This document shows positions 28,373-37,648 of a DNA stretch of 64,000 nucleotides, piece after piece. The notes below the pieces were generated by a model. The model saw nothing but the letters and a program-made list of their open reading frames with translations, was not told the origin of the DNA and did no database searches. Position numbers and translations under genes: made by a program. Each line of letters starts with the position of its first letter. Positions within the stretch are counted from its first letter, which is position 1. Source of the DNA: Gemmatimonadota bacterium (GTDB taxonomy: Bacteria > Gemmatimonadota > Gemmatimonadetes > Palauibacterales > Palauibacteraceae); NCBI GenBank assembly GCA_963666735.1, contig OY762926.1, positions 1,024,001 to 1,088,000 on the forward strand, given 5' to 3'.

Positions 28373-30553
28373 ATGTCCGGCTTTTCGACCACTGCGTTCC
28401 CGCGCCTTCCCCGCCGAGTGTCCGGATTCCCGGGTCTCGTCCTCGCCGCGAGCCTGCTCTTGCCCCTGTCCGCATGGGCGCAAGCGGACGCCACACCGGC
28501 CGAGGCCGGGTGGACGCCGGCGCTGAGCATGCAGTACCGAGCGGTCTCCGGGACCGCGATCTCCCCCGATGGCTCCCGCGTCGCCTTCGTCGTGCGCGAG
28601 CCGCTGATGGAAGGACCGCAGTCGGAGTATCTGAGTCACATCTGGATGACGGCTGCCGACGGGACGAGGGCCGCGCAGTGGACGCGCGGGGAGGCGTCGG
28701 CGGGGTCGCCGCAGTTTTCGCCCGACGGCGCCTGGTTGAGCTTCACCTCCGGCCGCGACGGAGAGGGCGAGGCGGGCAGCCAGGTGTGGGCATTGCCGAT
28801 GGCGGGCGGTGAGGCGCGGCAGCTCACGAAGGCGGAGGGCTCGGCGGGGGGATACCGCTGGTCGCCCGACGGGACGCGGATCGCCTTCCTCATGCGGGAT
28901 CCGCCGACCGCGGAGGAGAAGAAGGCGCGGGAGGAGAAGCGGGACGTCATCCTCGTGGACCGCGACTACAAGTTCTCGCACCTGTACGCCGTCGCGGTCG
29001 ACCCGGCGTCCGACGAGCCCGCCGTGCCCGTTCGAGTCACCGCCGGAAACTTCCACATTACCGGCTTCAGCTGGGCTCCCGACGGCGGACGGATCGTGTT
29101 CGCACACCAGGCCGACCCCCGCATCAACACGGGGCGCCTGAGCGGAGACCTCTCCACCACGACGGTCCCGGACGCCGCGCAGATCGCCGAAATCCTGGCC
29201 GCGCGAGGTGCCGGCGGAGATGGCGACGAAGACCCGGCCGAAGGCGCGGACGCCTCCCCGGCCGCGGCCGGGGAGGTCGCGCTGCTCGTCGGCGGGGCGG
29301 GGATCGAACGGAGCCCGCATTGGTCGCCGGACGGCGCCTGGATCGCCTACGTGTCGACCGGCGACCAGCCGGAGCCGATCGGACTGGGCGACGTGTACGT
29401 CATGCCGGCCGCGGGAGGCGAGGCGCGCCGACTGGACACGCCGAACCGGAGCGCGTCCGTGCTGGGCTGGTCGGGTGACTCCTCCGAGTTGCTGCTCCTC
29501 GAATCGCTCGGCACGCGCCGGCACGTGCTGGCCGTTCCGACCGACGGCGGGGAGATGCGCTTCATCTCATATGGCGACGGCGTGGTCGGGTCCGTCGCGC
29601 TCAGCAGCGACGCGAGCCGCATGGCCTTCACCTGGCAGACGACCGAAGAACCGTGGGACGTCTTCGTCTCGCCCACGAACGGGTACGCGCCGACGCGGGT
29701 CACGGACCTTCATGCCGCCGTGCCGCAGCCTGATATGGGACGGACGCAACTCGTCTCCTGGACCTCCACCGAAGGGTTCGAAATCGAGGGCCTTCTCACC
29801 TATCCCGTCGGCTACGAGGAAGGGGAGCGCGTGCCCCTGGTCCTGAACGTGCACGGCGGGCCGGCGGGCGTGTACAGCCAGAGCTTCACGGGCAGCCCCG
29901 CCGCGTACATGCTGCAGTACTTCGCCCAGGAGGGCTTCGCGATCCTCCGCCCGAATCCCCGCGGCTCCACCGGCTACGGGAAGGACTTCCGCTACGCCAA
30001 CTTCCAGGACTGGGGCTACGGCGACTTCCGCGACCTCATGTCGGGCGTGGACCACGCGATCGAGATGGGAGTGGCGGACCCGGACCGTCTCCTCCTCATG
30101 GGCTGGAGCTACGGCGGTTATATGACCTCGTGGGCCGTCACGCAGACGGACCGCTTCGTGGCGGCGAGCATGGGGGCCGGACTCCCGAACCTGATCTCGA
30201 TGACGACGACGACGGACATCCAGGACTACCTCGTCGGACATATGGGCGTCGAGTTCTGGGAGGACTACGAACGCTACGAGCGGCACTCGGCCATGTACCA
30301 CATCGCGAATGTCGTGACGCCGACGCAGGTGATTCACGGAGCCCAGGACCTGCGCGTCCCGTTCACGCAGGGACAGGAGTTCTACCGCGCCCTCGACCGC
30401 CGCGGCGTGCCGACGGAGATGGTCGTGTACCCGCGGACGCCGCACGGGCCGCGCGAGCCCAAGTTCGTGATGGATGTGTCGGAACGGATCCTGACCTGGT
30501 TCCGGAAGCACCTGGGACCGGAAGCCGTGGCGGCCGAGGACGAGAGCCGCTGA
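28373..30553 (+). CDS. Exported S9 family peptidase (acylaminoacyl/dipeptidyl peptidase)
   Basis: Signal peptide, SPDG propeller repeats, HGGP, GWSYGG, HGAQDLRVP. Confidence 0.92.
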   Translation: MSGFSTTAFPRLPRRVSGFPGLVLAASLLLPLSAWAQADATPAEAGWTPALSMQYRAVSGTAISPDGSRVAFVVREPLMEGPQSEYLSHIWMTAADGTRAAQWTRGEASAGSPQFSPDGAWLSFTSGRDGEGEAGSQVWALPMAGGEARQLTKAEGSAGGYRWSPDGTRIAFLMRDPPTAEEKKAREEKRDVILVDRDYKFSHLYAVAVDPASDEPAVPVRVTAGNFHITGFSWAPDGGRIVFAHQADPRINTGRLSGDLSTTTVPDAAQIAEILAARGAGGDGDEDPAEGADASPAAAGEVALLVGGAGIERSPHWSPDGAWIAYVSTGDQPEPIGLGDVYVMPAAGGEARRLDTPNRSASVLGWSGDSSELLLLESLGTRRHVLAVPTDGGEMRFISYGDGVVGSVALSSDASRMAFTWQTTEEPWDVFVSPTNGYAPTRVTDLHAAVPQPDMGRTQLVSWTSTEGFEIEGLLTYPVGYEEGERVPLVLNVHGGPAGVYSQSFTGSPAAYMLQYFAQEGFAILRPNPRGSTGYGKDFRYANFQDWGYGDFRDLMSGVDHAIEMGVADPDRLLLMGWSYGGYMTSWAVTQTDRFVAASMGAGLPNLISMTTTTDIQDYLVGHMGVEFWEDYERYERHSAMYHIANVVTPTQVIHGAQDLRVPFTQGQEFYRALDRRGVPTEMVVYPRTPHGPREPKFVMDVSERILTWFRKHLGPEAVAAEDESR

Positions 30554-30575
30554 ACGCCGGGGCGGCGCCCCCTCC

Positions 30576-31391
30576 GTGCCGACCGACGCGCTCTCCCGGC
30601 TCCTGCTCAGCCGGGAGCCGGGAGAGACCACCGTTCGCGCGTGGACGGACGAGATCGCGGGCGATCTCCTCGGCGGGTCTTCGCACGTCCGCGAACCGAA
30701 CTTCGCGAAGATCGGCCCGGACGATCTCGCAGCCCTGTTCGCTGGTTACGACGGCCGCTTTCTGGACGGTCTGTGCGGACGGATCCTGGGGCCGGACACC
30801 CTCGCCTTCCGGCTTTCCGGGCGGATGACGCGCGCGGGGGGCAAGACCACGCGTTTCGAACGCCGAGGTCGCGCCCCGCGGTTCGAGATCGCGGTCGCCA
30901 CCTCGATCCTGTTCGACGGGTTCGGGGAGGACGACCGGGATGTGACGGCCTGCGGGCTTCCCTGCCGAAACCGGCTCGAGGCTCTGCAGCGGATCTTCGA
31001 ACACGAACTCGTGCACCTCGCCGAGCTGCTGTGCTGGGGCGAGAGCCACTGCGGAAGGTCGCGTTTCCGGGGGATCGCGAAGCGTCTCTTCCTCCATCGG
31101 GCGCACACCCACCAACTCATCACCCGCTCCGAGCGCGCCGCCCGGGATGGGATCGTGGTGGGCGCGCGCGTCGCTTTCCTCTTTCGCGGCCAACTCCTGA
31201 CGGGACGCGTGAACCGGATCACCAAACGCGCCACCGTGCTCGTGGAGGACAGGCGGGCCCCGCGCTGGTCCGACGGACGCCGCTACGCCCGCTACTACGT
31301 GCCCCTCGGCAGACTCCGACTCGTCGACCCGGAGGCGGGCCGCGGGCAGGAGCCGCGCCACGAACACGAGCCGCGCCGGGGGCGGGCGTGA
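30576..31391 (+). CDS. SprT-like zinc metalloprotease with C-terminal SH3/KOW-like domain
   Basis: RMTRAGGKT, FEHELVH, RFRGIA; C-terminal GARVAF...GRVNRITKRATV. Confidence 0.65.
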   Translation: MPTDALSRLLLSREPGETTVRAWTDEIAGDLLGGSSHVREPNFAKIGPDDLAALFAGYDGRFLDGLCGRILGPDTLAFRLSGRMTRAGGKTTRFERRGRAPRFEIAVATSILFDGFGEDDRDVTACGLPCRNRLEALQRIFEHELVHLAELLCWGESHCGRSRFRGIAKRLFLHRAHTHQLITRSERAARDGIVVGARVAFLFRGQLLTGRVNRITKRATVLVEDRRAPRWSDGRRYARYYVPLGRLRLVDPEAGRGQEPRHEHEPRRGRA

Positions 31392-32599
31392 CCGGACGGC
31401 GCCGGAGCCGCCCGAAGTTCACCCGGGAGACGGCGGTTCGATTGTGGCTGCACCGGCAGGGACTCGACCGGCCCCGCGGGTCCACCCCGCTCGACGCCGC
31501 GGCCTTCGTCGCCCACCTGGAACGGACGGGCGCCCTCCAACTCGACAGCGTGAACGTCGTGGACCGCGCCCACTACCTGACGCTCTGGAGCCGCTTCGGA
31601 TCGTACGACCGGGCGGACGTGGACCACTGGGTGTACGAGGATCGCTTCGCCTACGAGTACTGGGGGCACGAAGCCTCGATCCTTCCCATCTCCCACCTCC
31701 CCCTCGGACGGCGGCGCATGCGACGCTTCCCTCCGGAGAGCTGGTCGGGACGCGCCTGGTGGGGCCGATACGCGACCTCGACGACGTCGAAGCGGCGAGT
31801 GCTGCGACGGCTGCGCGCCGAGGGACCGCTGGAGAGCGTGGACTTCCAGCCGCAGGCGGCCGAACGCGAGGAGAAGACCGACTCGCTTGCGTGGCGCCTG
31901 AAGGAGGACAAGCGCTCGCTCAAGCTGCTATGGCACGACGGACGCGTCGCGGTGGCGGGGCGGCGCCACTTCCGCTGCATCTATGACATGGCCGAGCGGG
32001 TCTACCCGGACGGGCCCGCCGCGACGCTGGCGGAATACCACGACAGCTGGCTCCTCATCGCACTTTCGGGCTGCGGTATCGCCCCCGAGCGGCACCTGGT
32101 CAACTACTTCACCGGACCGGAACTCAACGCGGCGGAACGGCGCCGGGTCATCGCCCGGAACCTGCGCAAGAAGCGGATCGTCGAGGTCGACGTGGAGGGA
32201 TTGCGGGGACCGTGCTACGCCCTGCCCGAGCACCTGGACGGCATCGATCGACTCCCGGAGCCCGCGGGGACGACGCTCATCTGCCCCTTCGACTCGCTGC
32301 TCTGGCAGCGGAAACGCGCCGCGGAACTCCTGGATTTCCACTACACCGTCGAGATCTACGTCCCCGCCTCGAAGCGGAAGTACGGCTACTACGTCCTGCC
32401 GATCCTGCACCGGGGGCGCCTCGTGGGCCGGCTCGACCCGAAACTCCACCGCGACCGCGGCGTGCTCGAAATCCGGGCACTGCACCTCGAGCCGGACTTC
32501 GCCGGGACCGCACGCTTCGAGGCCGGGCTGCGCGACGCCGTCGCGAACCTCGCCGACTTCCTGGGTGCGACCGACATCGCCATGCCGGCGAGCGGCTGA
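31388..32599 (+). CDS. YcaQ/AlkZ (HTH_42) family DNA crosslink glycosylase
   Basis: LQLDSVNVVDRAHY, EYWGHEAS, CPFDSL, EIYVPASKRKYGYYVLP, LVGRLDPK. Confidence 0.85.
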   Translation: MTGRRRSRPKFTRETAVRLWLHRQGLDRPRGSTPLDAAAFVAHLERTGALQLDSVNVVDRAHYLTLWSRFGSYDRADVDHWVYEDRFAYEYWGHEASILPISHLPLGRRRMRRFPPESWSGRAWWGRYATSTTSKRRVLRRLRAEGPLESVDFQPQAAEREEKTDSLAWRLKEDKRSLKLLWHDGRVAVAGRRHFRCIYDMAERVYPDGPAATLAEYHDSWLLIALSGCGIAPERHLVNYFTGPELNAAERRRVIARNLRKKRIVEVDVEGLRGPCYALPEHLDGIDRLPEPAGTTLICPFDSLLWQRKRAAELLDFHYTVEIYVPASKRKYGYYVLPILHRGRLVGRLDPKLHRDRGVLEIRALHLEPDFAGTARFEAGLRDAVANLADFLGATDIAMPASG

Positions 32600-32706
32600 T
32601 CCGGGCCCTGCGAGGGTATGGACCCGCGAGAATGCCGGGCCGTACCGTTGGGACCGGGAGCGAGCAGGCGCCATGGGGAGCGAGCAAGCACCGGTTGCAG
32701 GTCGGC

Positions 32707-33723
32707 TTACATTTCGGCTGCGGCGTGCCCGGCGGCTTCACACAGAACCAGCAGCGTCGAGTGCCGCCCAGTGGCACCGCCTTCGGCCATCGCGGCCGGC
32801 CTTGCGATGCGAGATCTGCGGATGTAGGAACCGGAGAAGCTGACGGTGGCCGCCCCTCCCCCGGCGTCGATGCTCGCGGTGGCGGAGGTGCGGTCGAAGC
32901 GGGCGTCCGCCGGATAGTTGCTGATGGTGATGGTGTGGAAGCCGGCTTCCACACCATCGAACCGGAACGCGCCCACGCCCGTCGTGACGGTTGCGGCCCG
33001 ACCGTCCAGGGCGACGGTCACACCCTCGGCTCCGCGGCCCTCGATCAACACGTGTCCCACGATGGCGTTGGCGGGCAGGAGTGGCGCGGGTTCATCGTTG
33101 TTCCCGGTCGCGGCGGATAGCAGCGCCGCGACTGAAAGCAGCAACGACGCGGCCGCGATCATGTACGCCGCGTACCTGTTCCTTCGAGTTCGCCTCTGGT
33201 ACCGAGTCATTCGGTACAGCCCTCGGTACAGCCCTCGGTACAGCCCCTTGGCGGACGCTACGGCGCGAACGCGCGGCGGCTGGCAGTCTCCGTTCGACCG
33301 CGCGGCGCGTACCGAGGCAGCGGTCATCACCGCGAGGATCCTCGACCCTCTTCGCATGCAGGTCACGGAGCGGTACCGACCGCTCCGCACAGCCATCTCG
33401 ATGCGCTGCGCAAACCGAGATTTCGTCCGCGACCCTTCTCGGGCGTCCACTGTCCGGGTCATCTGGCGCGAGCCATTCGCCGCCGATGGTCTTGCGCCGG
33501 ATCGTCCGTTCGCGGCAATCCGCCTGACCGTGATTCCGCTTCCCGTGCCGTTGGGGCTCGGGTCGATACACAGCAACTCGTCTCCTCCGAGCACGGCCAG
33601 ATGATCGAGGATCCGCCGCCAGGGCATGGGCCGAACCACCTCTCCGTGGCCGATCACGTAACCCTGCGCGGCCCAACGCAACGTGTCCACTATGGCTTCG
33701 TAGCCTGGGGTCTCCTGCCGCAT
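32707..33723 (-). CDS. Hypothetical membrane protein with C-terminal carboxypeptidase-regulatory-like beta domain
   Basis: TM helix IAAASLLLSVAALL then GHVLIEGRGAEGVTV...GAFRFDGVEAG; GLYR x3 repeat. Confidence 0.5.
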   Translation of the reverse strand: MRQETPGYEAIVDTLRWAAQGYVIGHGEVVRPMPWRRILDHLAVLGGDELLCIDPSPNGTGSGITVRRIAANGRSGARPSAANGSRQMTRTVDAREGSRTKSRFAQRIEMAVRSGRYRSVTCMRRGSRILAVMTAASVRAARSNGDCQPPRVRAVASAKGLYRGLYRGLYRMTRYQRRTRRNRYAAYMIAAASLLLSVAALLSAATGNNDEPAPLLPANAIVGHVLIEGRGAEGVTVALDGRAATVTTGVGAFRFDGVEAGFHTITISNYPADARFDRTSATASIDAGGGAATVSFSGSYIRRSRIARPAAMAEGGATGRHSTLLVLCEAAGHAAAEM

Positions 33724-33815
33724 GATTCCCGACTCCTTGCCTCGGGTGACACGCCCCCGATGTGCTTCGGGGTACCCTACGACCAATATGGAGGACTGCG
33801 CCAACGGACTTTGAG

Positions 33816-33875
33816 AGGAGAATTCCGCTAATTCTGGGGGGAGAAACCCGCAACCGTCCTGACGGGAGATTCCCG
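33816..33875. promoter_or_regulatory. Array of three quasi-palindromic 12-bp boxes (putative regulator binding sites)
   Basis: AGGAGAATTCCG, GGGAGAAACCCG, GGGAGATTCCCG at 23-25 bp spacing; similar array at 37304-37362. Confidence 0.5.
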
Positions 33876-33923
33876 TCGTGCCGTGCGGACCCGGGGGGAT
33901 GTCCAAGGGGGTGGCCGGTTCCG

Positions 33924-34574
33924 CTACTCCTCGGCTTCGGCCCGCAGGATCCCGCTTTCGAGCGCGAAGCGCACGATGTCGCGCCGGTGCTTGAGGCCCA
34001 GCTTCGACTTGGCGCGGGCAATGTAGCCCTCGACGGTCTTGCGGCTGAGGCACATCTCCCGGCCCGCCTCCGCTGCGGAGAACCCCCGCGCCGTCAATTC
34101 GATCACGGTTCGCTCGCGATCCGAGAGCGGCTCCGGCTCTTCGCTCGCGCCGCGCCGCTCCGCCTTCCGGCGCGCGATGAGCGCGGCCGCCCGTCTCGGC
34201 AGATACGAGTGGCCGCGCACGACCGCCTCGATGGCACCCATGAGATCGGTGTCGGCGGCCGACTTGTTCAGAAAACCGACCGCGCCGGCGTCGAGGGCGG
34301 GCACCAGGAACTCGTCCTCGTCGTGGACCGTGAGCACCAGGATCTTCGTGTCGATGCCGAGTTCGGCGATGCGCCGGGTCGCCTGAACCCCGTCCATGCC
34401 GGGCATCGCCAGGTCCATGACGACGATGTCCGGCTCCAGGCTCCGGGCCTTCCTCACCGCCTCCTCGCCCGACGACGCCTCTCCCACGACCTCCGCCCCT
34501 CCCGATGCTTCGAGCAATGCCCGGATACCGGCGCGCACGACCGCGTGGTCATCGACCAGGAGCGCCCTCACCAT
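33924..34574 (-). CDS. NarL/LuxR family response regulator
   Basis: LVDDHAVVR, VMDLAMPG, LSDRE...SRKTVEGY HTH. Confidence 0.95.
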   Translation of the reverse strand: MVRALLVDDHAVVRAGIRALLEASGGAEVVGEASSGEEAVRKARSLEPDIVVMDLAMPGMDGVQATRRIAELGIDTKILVLTVHDEDEFLVPALDAGAVGFLNKSAADTDLMGAIEAVVRGHSYLPRRAAALIARRKAERRGASEEPEPLSDRERTVIELTARGFSAAEAGREMCLSRKTVEGYIARAKSKLGLKHRRDIVRFALESGILRAEAEE

Positions 34575-34587
34575 CGCCGGCAATCCC

Positions 34588-35706
34588 TCATCCGTTCCGC
34601 CGGCCCGCACTCCGGGCGGGAACGGAGGCGCGAACCGTCGTTCCCGCGCCCGGCGAGGTCCGCACGACGACGGAGCCCCCGACGAGCGCGGCCCGCTCGC
34701 GCATCCCGTCGAGGCCCACGCAGCCATCGCCCGGGAGCCCTTCCACGCCGGGCAACTCGAACCCGCATCCCTCGTCCCGGATGGTGGCCGTGACCGCCCC
34801 GTTCGCCGATTCGACCGTCACGGCCGCCTCGTTCACCCCCGCGTGCCTCACCGCGTTGCCCACCGCCTCCTGCACGATCCGGTACAGCGCGAGCGTGGCG
34901 ACCTCGTCCAACTCGCCGCCCACCCGGCCCAGGCTGGCCTTGACCGTGAACCCGTATACGGCCTCGATGTCGCGGAAGACGGAGCCGAGGGCGGAGGGAA
35001 GCCCCCCGTGGTCCAGTTCCGGCGGCAGAAGTCCGCGGATCATCCGCTTGATCCCGAGGATCGTGCCTCGGATGTCCTCGGCGACCCGCGCACGCGCACG
35101 CTCCCTCTCGCCGTCGTCCCTCTCATCGGCCAGCAGCTTCACCCGGATCTTCAGCGCCACGAGGTTCTGGAGGAACTCGTCGTGCAGTTCGCGCGAAAGG
35201 TGCTTCCGCTCCTGCTCGGCCGCCGCGATCATCATGCCCGACAGGCGCCGCATCCGCTTCCAGGCGGAAATGTCGCGGACCGCGCAGATCACATGTTCCC
35301 GGCCCCGTCCCAGCCTCGAGGGGCTCAGGCTGATTTCGACCGGAATCGTCGTGCCGTCCTTGCGCAGGGCTTCGAGTTCAAGCCCCTCGCCCATCGGGCG
35401 GGGCTGCGGCGACTCGCCGTAGCGCCGGCGGTGCCGGCGGTGCCGAACGCGGCTGGCGTCGGGAATCAATCGCTCGACTTCGCTGCCCTCAAGCTCGTCG
35501 CGGCTCCAACCGAACATCGCGACGGCCTGACGGTTGAGGTCCTGGATCACCCCGTCCGCATCCACGACGAGCATCGCGTCCGGCGAAGCGTCGAACACGG
35601 CGGTGTAGTCCCTCTGCTTGAGCACTCCCGGCTTCGTCCTCTCTTTCGGGTGGACCGGCAGCCGGCTCACGCGACCACGTCCCGGCACTGCCCGGTGTTC
35701 ACCCAT
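34588..35706 (-). CDS. PAS-domain sensor histidine kinase (HisKA_3), soluble
   Basis: PAS (SPDAMLVVD...RKDG...VEISLSP), ERKHLSRELHD, QEAVGNAVRHA, DEGCGF, GLDGMRER; start uncertain. Confidence 0.9.
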   Translation of the reverse strand: MGEHRAVPGRGRVSRLPVHPKERTKPGVLKQRDYTAVFDASPDAMLVVDADGVIQDLNRQAVAMFGWSRDELEGSEVERLIPDASRVRHRRHRRRYGESPQPRPMGEGLELEALRKDGTTIPVEISLSPSRLGRGREHVICAVRDISAWKRMRRLSGMMIAAAEQERKHLSRELHDEFLQNLVALKIRVKLLADERDDGERERARARVAEDIRGTILGIKRMIRGLLPPELDHGGLPSALGSVFRDIEAVYGFTVKASLGRVGGELDEVATLALYRIVQEAVGNAVRHAGVNEAAVTVESANGAVTATIRDEGCGFELPGVEGLPGDGCVGLDGMRERAALVGGSVVVRTSPGAGTTVRASVPARSAGRRNG

Positions 35707-35966
35707 GAGATGTGCGTTTCCAGGGAATGTCAATGGAAGAGCAAATCGTCATCGGTTCCGTGGGCATCGAAATCCGTCCTGGTTCCGGGCGCGGGACTCC
35801 ACCGCCCGGAGAAGGGCCGGGGTTCCTCATGGGCATCGTCAGATCAGGCCGTTTTGCCTGAGCCGGCCGGGCGTAATCGCGCCGCGCCGCCGCAGAGCCC
35901 GGAAGCGGATTCGGTGCGGAGCGGCCACGCCTTCGGTCCGCCAACCGAGGCGAAGGGGCGTGCCGT

Positions 35967-37199
35967 TCATTGGAGATCCCGTCCCTTCGTCGACTGGATT
36001 GGTGACGGGTTGGTTGCGATTCGGGAGCCGGCGGTGATCGTCCCCGCGCTGCGGGGAATATGGAGAATGGATCCGGCCCGCATGCGCCGAGGCTCCACGT
36101 CCGGATTGACCGTGCGCAACGCGTCGAGCGGGACACCGTAACGTCGTGCAATGCGCGCCAGGGTTTCGCCCGGGGCGACGGTGTGTTCACGAAGCGTGGA
36201 GCGGTCCCCGGCAAGGATGTTGGCGAAGCGTGCGAGAAACCGTTCGCCCGTGCCGACGGGGACGTGCAACCGTGTCGACCGGCCCGCCGGCACCAGACCG
36301 ATGCGGAGGTGCGGGTTCAGGGTCCTGATCTCTTCTTCGGCGATGCCCGCGGCCTCGGCGAGGACATCCGCCGACGCCGCTCCCTCGACACGGACAACAT
36401 CGAAGTGCTCCGGCGGATCCTTCTCCGGTGCCGCTTGCCTGATGGCCGCAAGGTCGTCGGCAAGGCGAACGCTCGCGAGGAACCGGGGAACGAAGTCCCG
36501 GGTCTCCTTCGGCAACCAGTCGCGGATATGCCCGAACAGGGCGTCGTTGCGGGGCCGGGCTCCACCGTGCCGCCGGACCGCCCGCTCGATCCGCGTCGGT
36601 CCCGCGTTGTAGGCCGCCAGGGCGAGAAACCAGCACTGGAACCGGTCGTTGAGAGCAACCAGGTAGTCCAGCGCGGCCTCGGTGGCCGCGTGCACGTCGA
36701 AGCGCTGGTCCACGACCGAGTTGACCTCGAGCCCAAGCCACCGGGCGGTCTCGGGCATCAGCTGCCAGAGCCCGGCCGCCCCCGCCGGCGAAACGGCCAA
36801 GTGGTAATAGCCGGCCTCGATGAGGGGAAGGTAGCGGAGCGAGGGCGGCAGGTCCCGCGCCGCCAACTGGGCGTCGATGTAGTCCTCGTACCTGCCCATT
36901 CGCTTCAGGCCGCGCTCCACCGGACCCCGCCCCTTGATCCTCCACTGATCCAGCCACCGGGCCACCTCCTCCTCGATCAACCCGTCACGAGCCGCTGGTG
37001 GACCCGAACTCGACGCGGGGTCGCACGGCCGGCCGTCCCAGCCACCGCAGTTCCGCTCGGTTCGCGCCGCGCTATCCTCGATCCGGTCGGAGGTGCGGGC
37101 TAAGAGGGAATCCGCATCCCGGCTGTTCACCTTGACGGGCATCACGGCCAGAACCACGGCGGTGATGGCGAGGACGAAACGCGTCAGCCACCTGTTCAT
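35967..37199 (-). CDS. MltD-like lytic transglycosylase with LysM domain
   Basis: LPLIEAGY, SPAGAAGLWQLMP, ALAAYNAG, ETRDFVP, HTVAPGETLARIA. Confidence 0.9.
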   Translation of the reverse strand: MNRWLTRFVLAITAVVLAVMPVKVNSRDADSLLARTSDRIEDSAARTERNCGGWDGRPCDPASSSGPPAARDGLIEEEVARWLDQWRIKGRGPVERGLKRMGRYEDYIDAQLAARDLPPSLRYLPLIEAGYYHLAVSPAGAAGLWQLMPETARWLGLEVNSVVDQRFDVHAATEAALDYLVALNDRFQCWFLALAAYNAGPTRIERAVRRHGGARPRNDALFGHIRDWLPKETRDFVPRFLASVRLADDLAAIRQAAPEKDPPEHFDVVRVEGAASADVLAEAAGIAEEEIRTLNPHLRIGLVPAGRSTRLHVPVGTGERFLARFANILAGDRSTLREHTVAPGETLARIARRYGVPLDALRTVNPDVEPRRMRAGSILHIPRSAGTITAGSRIATNPSPIQSTKGRDLQ

Positions 37200-37303
37200 G
37201 AGAGTCTCCTCTCGGATGATTTGGTCGGCGCCTCCCCAAGCGGTTCCATGGAGACAGCGCGAGGGTGGATCCAATAATGGGCAACCGGGATCGGCGCTCA
37301 GAG

Positions 37304-37362
37304 AGGAAAAACCCGCAACTCGTGACGGGAGATTTCCGGGTCCGGCGTGCGGGGAAACTCCC
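37304..37362. promoter_or_regulatory. Second array of three 12-bp boxes
   Basis: AGGAAAAACCCG, GGGAGATTTCCG, GGGGAAACTCCC at 23-24 bp spacing. Confidence 0.5.
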
Positions 37363-37419
37363 CCCGGCAGGCAGATGCCCTTGGCGCGGCCTTCGCGAGC
37401 GGCATTAGGATTGGGGATG

Positions 37420-37577
37420 GCCTGAACAAGCCACCACCGCCAGATTGGTGGCGGAAACGAGAGGTCGCAAGCCCAACAACGCCCGTCTTTTGCGTCTCGG
37501 AGCCCTTCAAGGGCCGGCGGACGGCCAAGTCGGCGCCATTCAGCCCGATACCGGCCGATCTGCCGGCCTGTTCAGAC
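37420..37577 (+). ncRNA. Candidate structured leader RNA upstream of TonB receptor (unclassified)
   Basis: CTGAACAAGCC pairs with GGCCTGTTCAG, enclosing several hairpins. Confidence 0.3.
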
Positions 37578-37648
37578 CTTCCCTGGATTGGGAGTCCCGC
37601 AACCGCTCGCCCAAGACGGGGTCCACAGCCGACAGGAGAGCCGTCGCC

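Noticed and set aside
37420..37600. Assignment to a known riboswitch (cobalamin, c-di-GMP, c-di-AMP, NiCo, lysine)
   Set aside because: Only short partial resemblances; core consensus elements missing
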